A stretch of 63,924 nt of DNA, counting the filler, from Choristocarpus tenellus KU-1152 (Eukaryota; Protista; Phaeophyceae): assembly GCA_964200185.2 (NCBI GenBank). It is 11 parts of 11 records of this genome, joined end to end, with 100 filler letters (N's around TTAATTAATTAA, not from the genome) between each part and the next. Parts side by side here need not be neighbours in the genome. Positions count along the whole stretch, not along the records: positions 10,289 to 19,180 come from CAXNAD020004222.1; positions 19,281 to 27,240 come from CAXNAD020005339.1; 9 more parts are not named here. One strand, written 5' to 3'. Positions 10,975 to 23,100 of this stretch are shown here, piece after piece (positions within the stretch are counted from its first letter, which is position 1; every line of letters starts with the position of its first letter). Below the pieces are notes generated by a model. That model made no database searches. It was not told the DNA's origin and saw only the letters and a list, made by a program, of their open reading frames with translations. A program made the translations under genes and the position numbers.

Positions 10975-13900
10975 CTTTGTGGAGCGTGCCACTGACACCA
11001 GGGCAGCCACTGGTGTTGCCCCCTTCCCCACGTCTACTGCAGAACCTTCCTGGCATATTCTAGCTGATGGTTCTGAAAAGGAAGCACGAAAGTCTGGGTC
11101 CAGTGCTAGGTTGGCCAATGCACCACATATTGCCCCCCCAACACTTGATGGTGAACCCTGATGCCAGAAGGACGGCAAGGATGGGTGAGATAGATTCACA
11201 GATTTTGTTCTATCAAAGCACTCCTAGTGATCAGAGCTCTGTTATCCATATATCCATAGGGAGTCTGATCCAGTCTTAATCCGTTTCTTTTTGTCAGTAA
11301 TAGAAAACACGACCATAAGCTATCTAAATGCAGAGGATGATATATTTAAGGAGTTGCTGTTGGCGAAATAGCTCTTGGAACTAACTTGGGCACTTTTTGT
11401 GAGCTGTGTTTGCAATGACAACCTTCTGATTTTGCTACCTCATGGTTGTATCATCAATCATCACCAGAAATATTATCCTGTTAAGGCTGAGCCGCATCAT
11501 TGGATACTTTGAAGAACGTTGTATCAAGGGCCTTGAAGGTTAGGTGGCATATATATGACAAAGTTAGAGCAATAGATCTACTAAGTTTGGCTGTCCTATT
11601 GTACTTGTGGACAGGCTTCGTAGTGAAACGTAACATATGTGTCACCACTCAATGACTAGGTTTCTTTTGTTGCAGCCAGGTTTCTTCTTGTTGGAAATTT
11701 AAGGTATAAGCACCAGGCGAAGGGTAGAGCACAAGTACAACCCATACCCAAATGGTTGTTTTTTCGATGAACCAGTTCATGAGTAAAAGGTTGCATGGAC
11801 ATCATGTATAAACTGCTTGAATAAGTTGTCCTCAACCACAAACACAGATATTATGTGTGTGTAAATGTCCTTCTTAATATCCCTCCCTCACACCTCACCT
11901 CACCCAAAGCACTATGCTCCTTAGCACAACTCGGATTTGCAGTGTATGAAACTGACAATAATGAGAATATTTGGACACACGCTATGGTGTTTTGAATCAT
12001 TTCCAATGCTGCACAGTAGTAGGAGAACTGTTGTTTGGAACCCAACACGATCTTGTATGATTAATGGGACAAATCACCTATTGAGCTACAACGAACATGC
12101 TTGGGAATGAAAATATCTGTGATGAAAAGCACACCCCTTACTTTATCCAGTGATCTGTCTCATACCAATTAAAATGAACGACTACTTCACATTCAACTTG
12201 CCTTGAGTTTTCCACTTCCCGTATCCCATCTTCTTAGAGCCTCGCCTATGACAGTAACACATGAAATCATGGGTTGCCCTGCTCCACGATCCTTCCTGCT
12301 TTTTCCAAGAGAACCGCCTTGTGCTCCTTCTTTCAATGGCCGACCAATCAGGAGGAAGGATTTCTTGGCAATGGAGGATGTCTGGCCAATGACGACATCC
12401 CTCACTGTCTTGGCAGCAGCCTGGACGGCAAGAGGTGGCATTGTATCTGAGCTAATTACCAGCAGTAATCCTGTCAGCAAAGGAACATTCCTGAGTGAGC
12501 ATATTGGGAGCAGGGATTAAGAGGGGAGGAAGTTCTTAAAAACAAACTTAGTTGGTTTGGGGTGACATCTGAATTTGCTGTGTCCTTTTTTCAGTCCTGC
12601 ACAGTCCATCCGCTTCGACCCATGTGGTAAGTTTCTCGGATGAGGTATTTTAGGTGCTGTCACACTCTTTTCTTCAGTAGAGTTGTATCTCTGAAGTTCA
12701 TGCAAGTTGTAGAAAGATGACGCCATTTTAGGGGTTCCTACAAGATTGACTGTACCTATCCATTGGTGCATGAGCAAGCCAAAGATGGAAAGAAGAGCTA
12801 TTGCTATAGATAATTTTATGTGTGTTCAGCATGTGTTGGTGATGGATTTACTCCATGTGCTTTATGTGTTCATTTTATGTGAGGCAAGCGTAGTTGGAAG
12901 AGACCACTCTAGATCATTCTGAACTCCTCATTGACGTCCTTAGTGGTATCAACTTGTCTCACAATATGGAGTTGCCATCAGAGACAAAGCAATGGGATCA
13001 AAGGAAGAAAATACAGTGAATTGTTCTCATATACATCCACCTTTCCAATAGACGATCTCAGGACCCACCATTGTAAAGACTCAAAGTATCAGGGGTGGGG
13101 TGACAGCTTTCCTTTTGGGACCAAGTTTTTTTGCCACGATTTTTGGGTGCTTTATTTACATGCATTGGATTGATAATATACATGCACCTTTCCTGGTTAT
13201 GGCCCAAATGGACACCCTGGTGTAGACCTCACAATCCCACCCCCTCNNNNNNNNNNTTTATATTATATATCCCCCTCCCTTTGTTGGCCCCAGAACGGCC
13301 CCCGGGGTTGCCCCCCCCCCCCCCCCCCCCCCCAGATACTTTGGGTCAAATGTGACAGTTTAGACTGCCTTCACACATCTGCAAAAGTGTCATGGACTAA
13401 TGCATTAGACTACACTTCAAAGTATGCCCTGGTCCTGGACATGTGTTGCGCGTTTCCACCTGACTGTAACTTTATTGTATTTTGTTTAGTTTACATATCT
13501 TCTTCTGTGAGCATTTCCTGTACTTACCGTGCAACTTGTCCTCGTATTGCAGCGTCATCCACCATGCGACTCACAAGTAATGCGGCAGCCCCAACAGCAC
13601 CTAGGACTGTGTCCTTCCCTGCAACCCTTATTTTGTCAGGGTAGAGGAGGAGGTACCGCATACATTTGCGACAATAAAGTTTGTGAGGGGCAGTCAAAAT
13701 ATATTATCCCCCACCCCCTTCAACCATTTGTCCAAAAGTTCTTCCTGGTCCACAGTGTACTAAGCACAAATAGGATAGAGCCATCTCTGGCCGTGTTTAT
13801 TTGCTGTACCATACACCATACCAACCCTCACTCCAGCCCAACACAAGGTCGTACCTTCCAATGTACTATAGGGCAGAAGAGTACACGGTGCGCTGACAGA

Positions 13901-16900
13901 GAAAATTTGGTTATAGCACACGAACGTAAAAATGAGGGGCTTAAGCTTATCTAACCCAGAAGTTAAGCCGAGTGGTTGTGTGACAAGGGACAGTGATGGC
14001 TAATAATAATTTGGACAGGATATGGACCGTGACATCTGGCCTACCACAAGACTGGCCCTATCTAACAGCCCTTACTCCTGATACAACATGTGTCTTCCGT
14101 ATTCGTAAATATCTGTAAATTTCGGAAGCAAGAAGAAGTTCTCAAGAGTGAAAAGTATATATAGCCATAATCCATAATCCTAGCATTCATTCTTCTACCT
14201 GTGGCATACATTTATTAACGATTATTTTCATTATCGTGTCTCCAGAGAGATTGACAAAACAACAACTGCTAACTTTGCCAACTGTATCTTACTTACCCAT
14301 GGACAATGTCTTGAGTCCTATTGAACCCTGTTGTCATGGCCAGCCCTTTCTCGGCGAGCAACAGACCCCCACAGGCAAGAACCTCTTGCTGAGCTTTCCG
14401 CTCTCCTCCCTCTAGTGCTGCCGACAAGGCAGACAAGAACAATCCCAATCGAATCATTGAGGAGTGTCCGCATTTTTCTCTGTCTCCAACTCGTGCAGTG
14501 CTTTTTTGGTTAGCCAGCACTTCACCTCCGCCCCACTTCATGGTCTGTGCCTCCACCACTAAATCTCCCTCTCCTCCTTGACCGTCAATGGAAGGCAGCG
14601 AGTTGTTGGATCCCATGGAATGCGGATGGAACTGCCCATTCAGACTCTCAGGGGGAAAGTGTTGCTCTTCTTTCGGGGTCAATTGTCCTAAACTTGCAGC
14701 AGCTAATGTCATGCGCTTCAGTCCCCCAGAGGCACGAAAGTAGACTCGCCCTTTCGGACTTGCTTCAAGAAGTGCTATGAGATGGAGGAGTGGATGTGTC
14801 AATGTAGATATTCCTGGGAAGGACCAAAGCATTTAAGAGGGTAGGGTCACATCCGTTCAGGATCATAAATCCAATGTTATAATTCTGATGAAATTTGTCT
14901 ATCGTGTTTGTTAGCAAGTGTCAATATCCTTGCTCCGGTCACACTTTTCATTGTCATACACATTTTAGGTAATTGTGTTCACATAGAAACCCTAAAAAGG
15001 GCATTAAAAACCCTTTGGAAGCCAATCCCCAAACGAACAAGCAGGGCAAACTCCTCTCATAAATGCTCTGGGTCGGAAGGCAGATATGGTAAGAGGTGTG
15101 AGAGAGATAGAGAGATGTAGAGAATTAGAGGGTCAGAGTGAGCTTATGAGTGCCTGAACACATATTGAGGACATTTCAAAAAAATTGTCTAGTCCAATTT
15201 TTTTTGCTGGGGCTACAGATTGACGTGGTCATCAACTCTCAGTCAATGCCTTCTTCACTGAACTTCTTTTTGGCTATTTTCACCTGTTTCCACCACATCA
15301 ACTTCACCCTCTCCGAAATCTTCTAGTGCTTCTTCCAGAAGCCTGTCCAATTCATGAAAATCCCCGCCAGTGAGTGTGTGTGACGAAAGACTGGCAGCAG
15401 GACTACATTTATCAATGCCTGTTGTTATCCCTCCTCTGTCTCCTTCCTCTGCGTCTCCTCCAAGTCCTAGTGAAATACCTTGCTCCCCCTTGCATTCGCC
15501 CCCACGGGTGCAATTCTTGCTGTTTCTGCTTTTGTTGGAGATCTCAGTGGCTTTGTCGGTGTTCTGGTTCTTGCTGCTGCCCGAGTCTTGATTTGTGTGG
15601 TAATGCTTGAGGGCCGAATCCATCACCTGCCTCTCTTCCTAAGGAAAACCACAAGAGTCGGGGGAGATAGATGACAGGTGTATCAAGTGAGGGTAAGGGT
15701 TAAGGCGAAGGTTGGCATTCTTTTTATTTGCAGTTGTGTCAGTGCATGGTATGGCAAGACTTGTCATATGATACGGTGTAAATGAAAAATACCATTCCAA
15801 CCATTGACAGCTAGAAGAGGTCGAGTATAATCAAAATGTTGATAGTGTCGGGCATATTGTTCAAACCCCAACTCTGATCGGAGAGCAGCAGGACCACAAC
15901 AGCGACTTTGATCTTCTTTTCTTTCCCTTGAGCCACATCAATGGAAAGCTCATACATACACACACCACAAGGTCAAGAGAAACCTTGCCCTACCCAAGCA
16001 GCCTTGTGATTTTCACATTGAGTCTAGTGTATACTCTGCTCCCCACGATAGCCTGCACACAAAGAAAAAGTACTTAAGAATCACAAGCAACATCCTGAAA
16101 GAAAAAATGTTCTCACCTTCTGCTGGTTGGTTTGGTAACTTTGGACCTTCACAAAATGTGTATGAAATATTACGCTGACAATAGTTAGACCTAGCGTTGG
16201 AACTAGTAGGCTATCATCCCCTGTTAAAGCTTCCCCTGACCTTCAGCTGTGCTATACTAAGTCAAAACATAGCTGTACCTCCTCTTCCATAATCTCTTTG
16301 GCCAAGTCATCTCGCTGCTGACGTAGGGGTAGGTTATCTGGGTCAATCTCAACTGCCCTGGAAACATCAGCAAGAGCTCTTTCCATGAGGTCCATCCGGC
16401 AACAAATACCTCCCCGCTGCATTGCTCCTGCCACTAACTCTGGTTGTGAATCCCCAGTTGTTTGCTCAGTGTTGGACGACCCATCACGATATTTCTGTGA
16501 ACCTTGTGGCAACATTTGGACTGGTGATTTACAGTCATCAACATGTTCGCTCCAACTGAGCTTGGCTAGGGCGACAGATCTTCTGCTGAATGCTTTGACA
16601 CACAGAGGATCAACACGGAGGGCCCTTGAACAGAATTCCTTGGCTTCTTCCCATTGGCATAGCTTAATGTGGACCTGCTCCAACCAAAGCACATGATGGT
16701 GAATTGTTAAGTAACTGTAACTTGTGTTTCACAAATTAGCATACAAAAAATAAGTACAGATATTTTTATATGAAGGGTTGAAGGAGTGGTAGAGATGTGC
16801 AAATCACTTCTACTCAGGAATCTTGTATAACAAATTATGTACAGAGTATAACCTAATGTTGAGGAATGGTATACAAATCCCAATTTATCAATAAAAACTT

Positions 16901-18656
16901 CTTGGTTACCATGTACACATGATTTGTAGATATCACTCGCCATTTTATTAACATATATATATGATCTATCCCTATATGTCCAGAGAAGTTAACCGGGTAA
17001 CGGTGATATGTCCCTACTTCATCTTGATATACATATTATTGTGTTATGATTTATCTGGGAAGAACAATCCAGTACAAATCTAATGTCATGATTTACCAGG
17101 AAAGAATTAACCTTGTACAAATCTTACGTTGTGAATTAGTAGGAAGATCAACCGCCTAGAAGTTTTAGGTTGTATTTTAACAGGAATAAACCTATGTATA
17201 AATTTTAGGTTACTACTACTACAGTAACTACATATAGTAGTCAGTTCTTGGCTCCCTTGTTGTTCTGAATGATGATAGTTTTGTTAATATCACCCCCCTT
17301 TCTAAACTGCCATGTTGTGGAAGCCCACAGTGTCCTGGTTACATATTGTCTCTAGTGTGTCATGTCCCCGGGTTCGATACCTTGTATACCGGTAGTCAGT
17401 GGAAACGTTTTGGGTATCAGCACCCTCACTGCTGTGTCGAAAACATGTACATATAGTTGTCAGTATGACTCATCCTCTATGATATTTGTACAAACGTTCC
17501 CATGTACAACTCCCCTATCTATGAAAGATGTACAAACAGTTCCAGGTTACAAAACAAACACATTTGAATCCCTCCACAATGATTTGCCCTAGTAAGCACA
17601 AGCTGCACAAATCACAGCGTACTGATTCGCCAACACCTCGTCATCATCATGTTATTGGAAGATCCGTACCACACCACTGTCGGAGATATGAACACAATGG
17701 GTACGAATAAATATGTTCTACAAACAGAAGAGTTCCCTCCTAAATCCTTGACTTGAGAGGATGTGCCCCAATGTGCATGACAAACTTTGATTATATATGA
17801 CAGGAACAGCCGTTGATTTGTCAGAAATTAATTTGTACACCACAAATCGGGATATTTTTTTTGCCATCGCGTGAACCATATGATGTGTCCGCATGTGTGT
17901 GTTTCTGTATGTGTCTGTGTGGGCGTGCAAGAAAGAAGAGTTGAGAGTGAGGGCTAGCTGGTGGGAAGGCCACGAGTAGATCTGTGTACAGGTCAGGTCC
18001 GGAACAATAAAAGAATAAAATGCCTGTACTATGGCTATGTGTACTTCGCAGATTTTTTATACCTAACAGGAAAAGGCTGGTTTAGTGTAGTAGGACCTTG
18101 CATATTCAAGTCAATGACATTTAGAAAAGTGGCATCACATTCTTCACTTGGAAAAGAATATACCTTAGATAAAGGCAAAAAATCGTACCGTCAGTCAGTC
18201 TATGGGAGCATAATGAAAACCCCACAAAACTACTCCACTCTGAAGTGTAGAGCAGGAACTCAGCAGCAGCATATGCTATCCTTGGGAGTCTTATTGAGTA
18301 GGCTACATCAAGTGCAATAGAGAAAAGAGGAACAATTCTCCTCTTTCTTTTGTAACAGAAATAGAGAATTATCTCTTTGATTCAAGGCAGAATGATAGGA
18401 CACTGGCTATGCACCTTTGTATCCACATCACTTTGGATTATAATCTTTTCTATTGGTGATGGTGCTGTTAATAGAGGTGAAAGGAACAAGAGCAGTTATC
18501 TTGCCAACCTGTGCAATGTTCGTCAGAGTTTGCACCCTGTAGGGCAAGGAACGAAGGCTCTTCATGTACAACTCCAGGGCATCGCTCCATCTTCTAGCCT
18601 TGAACATACGGTTACCCTTTAGGCGATCCGCTGTTGCTGCAGACTCTCTCTTCTCC
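10975..18656 (-). CDS. TPR plus armadillo-like protein (TTC12-like), partial; exons 18656-18509, 16674-16279, 15626-15284, 14774-14297, 13626-13528, 12490-12202, 11157-10975
   Basis: TPR segments LKGNRMFKARRWSDALELYMKSL...TNIAQVHIKLCQWEEAKEFCSRALRVDPLCVKAFSRR are followed by ARM-like helices (GRVYFRASGGL, CGALANLALDP). All splice phases join. The TTC12 label is inferred from domain architecture. Confidence 0.8.
13078..13347 (-). mobile_element. MITE family B copy or copies around a 10-N gap
   Basis: GACTCAAAGTATCAGGGG...GGACACCCTGGTGTAGAC, then C-tract-CAGATACTTTGGGTC. Confidence 0.75.
14821..15074 (+). mobile_element. MITE family A, older diverged copy
   Basis: GGACCAAAGCATTTAAGAGGG ... 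CCTCTCATAAATGCTCTGGGTC. The internal sequence aligns by eye with the 63402 copy, and GGAA lies on both flanks. Confidence 0.75.
17058..17210 (+). repeat. Degenerate tandem repeat, about 41-bp unit
   Basis: Recurring GGAA..AA(C/T)C..GTACAAAT(C/T)TTA.GTT pattern, about 4 copies. Confidence 0.55.
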
Positions 18657-20106
18657 CTTGATAGAGAGATACCACAGCACGAGGGTGGAATCTTCTTGTG
18701 GACAAAATTTCAAGGTTGAAAAACTTGTTGAAAAACTTGTTGGTGGGGGGGAGGGGATGCCTGGAGTTGGCTATGGTGTGCATTGCCCAAAAGGAGGATG
18801 TCATTTCGTAAGGTCATAGGGTTTGTGAAGCAAGTAGGGCAATGGGCCTATAACAATGGTTGCTGGAAAATCAGATTTTTTTTAATATTTTTTCAGTGTG
18901 TGTTTGGAGTAGAGATTGATGATCCAGAAATAACAGGATCCAGACGGCTACATTATTCATTAGAGACAACCATTAGAAGGTGAAACATCTTACAACAATG
19001 ACGTATCCATTGAATGGAAACATAAGTCTGGTTTGTTGCCCCACTTGCAAACATTCCTTAAGTCACATATTGATATATCTATCATCAATTTTACTATTAT
19101 CTTTAGTTTTATTCTCAGAAATATGTCCAGGCGTATGGTGCAGACGTGCACCAGGCTCAAAGTATCTGGGGGGAGGGGGGNNNNNNNNNNNNNNNNNNNN
19201 NNNNNNNNNNNNNNNNNNNNNNNNTTAATTAATTAANNNNNNNNNNNNNNNNNNNNNNNNNNNNNNNNNNNNNNNNNNNNATCCCAGTCAATTTTGGATC
19301 AAGCCCATCTCCTCAATGAAAAGCTCCATCCTCAATTTTTGAAATCGGCTGTTATGCCTGCAGTTTCATCCAAACAATTAAAGTATCCGCTTTCATACAC
19401 ACATGAAAAACGCTTGTAGTGTTGTAAAAACAGAGGAAAACTTCTCCACAACTTAGCGGTTCCTACAACAAAATTTACTGTATTGCATGTTTGCGACTTT
19501 CTATATTGTGAGGGTAAGGAGGGGGTGAGGAGGGCGGAGAGATCGTTGTTCTCATAACAAGCAGTTACATCTGTCAACAAAGCTTCACTTAGGTAAGTAG
19601 GACCACCCGTCTTGTTCAGGAGAGTTCCCCTAAATGTTACGAAGTAGTTGTATATTTAGAGGAGCCATACAATAGGCATGTCCTCTCGCAGTAGATTGCA
19701 GCGTGTTGAGTGAGTCACATAGGTGGGTCAAGTGCTGAGGACACCCTCTGCCGTGTGTGTGAGGTAGTGGAGTTGTTCGTGCAAATTGTCGTTTTTGTTG
19801 CCTTCTTGTCCTTGCTCCTCGACTGCAAGATTGAAGGTTCACTAGAGCTCGTGAGACATCCAATCCCTCTGCTTGATGGACTGGTGCCTGATTAGCACTG
19901 TGTACCTATTGAACGGTGACTGCCTGCTCCACGAATTGGATCTGTGCAGTCAGCATTTCGATGTCTTGTGGTGGAGCCTTCTGAGTATCACCTTTCAACA
20001 AGGGCTTCCCTGCAAATGTCTCGACCATTTAGTCGGAATTCAATGCTCCACATCTGACATGTATTTATTGAGAGATTTGTGATACTAGGAATACAATAAA
20101 TTGCAA

Positions 20107-23100
20107 TCATTTTTTATTTGGTCCACCACCAGCGAGATAATCAAGTATTGGGTTGGTAGAAACTTCGGCCACATCTACAACCGCCGGCTTTTTTTCTGGG
20201 AAAACCAGTTGAAAGAGATGTGTCAGGACATCATCTCGCTGGAGTAGTGTCTCCACCACAGCCCGGCGATCTGAGGGTGTAAAATCCTACCAAAGCAAGA
20301 GCAGGGAAACAAGGTATTGATGGGGTGGAGGGTGATCAGTTTTGTTGGTTTAGCACATCTTCACTGCTCCTTTTTGAACCTGGAAAACGTTCACACACTG
20401 AATCACTTGTATGTCCTACTTGTGGTGCATGTTGACTACAGACATAGCCACACAGTAAAGCTATTTTCTAAGCACATAATATTATATATATATAAAGAGA
20501 GAGATCATATCATGGAGGGGCCTCAATGACAAATAGGCAGTATGTAGTGCTGTAGAACAGGTTAGGTATTAATAGTAGTAGACTCTACTTATGGTAGGGT
20601 ATCTACATTTACATCACTGGAGTAAATGCAGTCCAACAGAAAGAGGTCAATAGCGGCAAGAAATAGAGATGTTTTATTTACTACTCCAGTATTTTGTTAT
20701 TGTTGTTGTTGCTATCATGATGTTACTATCTTTCACATGTGAACGATGGGCTAGGGATAGTGTCTCTTTCCTATGAGTTGATTATTCGTGTCTTGTGCTC
20801 CTTCTTCCTTCTTGTACCCTAACCCTAACCCTAACCCTAACCCTAAGTATGTGAGAGCTAAAGAAAATGAGACGTACCCAGGTTTTGGTCGTTTTCGCAG
20901 TTTAGGCCACTTTTTTCGTCTTTAACAGTTTCACCCTTGTTAGTACGGATGACATGCTAAGATTGGCTTTTGAGAGAGTTGATTCCTCTATTTTGTTGAA
21001 ATTATGATACACTTATTTGTGCAAAATGCCGAAATTTGCACATATTTTTCCACAGTGCCTGAAGGTATCTCTGCACTCACAACCTATTCCAGATCACCTC
21101 TCTTAGCCCCACCTACCACACCCAACAGTGATATTTGCTTCGTTATGAGCAGAGCTCCGCTCTCTGAGGTTGCCGTGTGTTTAGAGTCCATTGTTGGCGT
21201 GGGATAAAGCTGTGATGAATCATTGAACCTGAAACGCTTTTTTGGTGTTTCTTGTCCTGGATATTCTATAGATCAGACCAGACCACAACATGACAACGGA
21301 TGGCTAGGTATCTTTCTAGCCTTTTTTTAAAAAACGCAAACAATGCATTCCCAATTAACTAGCCGATTTACATGATGGAGTATCATGCGCAAGGATTGTT
21401 TGATGTGAGCAGTCAAGCTTGTGCAAATAAGTTGTAGCAGCTCTTTTTGAAACAAGAACGTCACACACTTTTTGCTGCAACATTTTAATATATTGATCTC
21501 TCCTCTTACAAAAAAAGTGCAATGCTAATGATACTTACGATATGAAGACCTCCAGGACGCTCTCTATGTATTTGACCCTGCACTCAAATAATATGAGTCC
21601 TTCCATTGGAGTAATCTTCTAAACAGTGACACAGTTCAAACACCCTTTTTTATGTAAAGGCCTAAAGTAAACGCAGTGCATTTTTAAGGATACTGACAAA
21701 CACATCAAAAAAAAAAATTCCAAGTTCCTGTACGGTATTTTCTGAATTGTGTCGAAAACTTTAAAACGATAATAAAATAAATTTAACTCTCTTAAGTCAA
21801 ACTTGGCGTTTCATCCATGGAAATAGGAGTGAATCTGCAAAATATTGAAAAAACTGACTCATCCTGCTAAATCCAAAAACTGGGTGCCTCTCATAAACTT
21901 TGGAGCGAAACGTTCTCATTAGTGCCGTGTTCTGGAGTTTAGTGTGTGTGGTGTCTACAAGTCGAATCACTCTGTACACACCATCCCGCCTCCAGCACTC
22001 ATGATTCGACCCACGCTGGAAGACGTTTGTGCAGAGTGTGTCTGTCCACTGTCTGAATACGACTTACGGGTGCAAACATTGCTGTCAACATAAACCAAAA
22101 AAAAAGAAAAAGTACGATGTACTTCTGGGAATGAGACATAATGCAATACCAACCCCAAGGTAGTGTAACTTCCACAAGTCAACAAAGTACGAAGTCCAGC
22201 ATAAGGGTGGCTTGCATCTAGACAATTGATCCCAAATCAAGGCTGTGGCATTTTTTTGGGGGGGCATGTGACCCCAGGGCTTTCCGTGGTCAAGTGCTTC
22301 CCGCATTGCATTTTGCAGTTTGAGTGGAGGTGAAATCTCTCTTGATGCTTCATGTACCCCCTGGGGGATAGCACTTTGCATGGCATGTAAAAGGCATCTC
22401 AAATGTTAACCCAGGTCCAGGGTGGGACATGTTGTTATCCTTAGTGGTGATTTGTGCACCACTTTGGACATGTAAGGCGCGAAAACTTGGTGGGATGAAA
22501 AGATTGAGGGCCCAGTCCTTTACTACAAGTGCACATCAGTCCGTCCTTGACCACCGAGCTCTAAGTGCAGTGCTTGACTCACAGTCCCTGGCTGACTTAA
22601 GGTCTCTCACCTCCAACGAGATTACAGGGCGTTCAAATGCCTTCGCAGCCTCGGTCAGAGACATGGAACTGTTTGCACTTTGCACTCCCCTTGGATGGTG
22701 ACTGCCCCCATCCTGCATGTGTGGCCTCACAGTGGACTTGCACTGGTGCTGAGTTTGTCCATTTCGTCTCCTGCGCTCAATGTCCCGTTTGGTATCCTGT
22801 GCACAAGGACAGCAACTACTAAATTAACAAACTAATGGTTGGTACATCAAATCGAGCTGGCAGCTCCTGCGGCATCATTACAAGTGCCTCTTCTGAGGAA
22901 TTTTCCTGAGAGAGGTCTGCATCCTCTTCAAGACATACTTTGAGGCACTCACATTCACACACTGTACAAGAAAATCTTCCATGTCTGCACGGTCCAGGTG
23001 TTTCTTGGCTACAGATTCTGTTAGGCGTGCTTCCTTTTTCTCCTTGGCCAGTTGAGACTTGAGTGTACGGACTTGCTTTTGTAGTACTTCCATTGTCTTT

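Noticed and set aside
20880-22085. Exon-like segments inside the last intron of the coiled-coil gene
   Set aside because: The flanking exons already join in phase into a conserved motif (SLE-DFT), and the internal segments give no coherent product.
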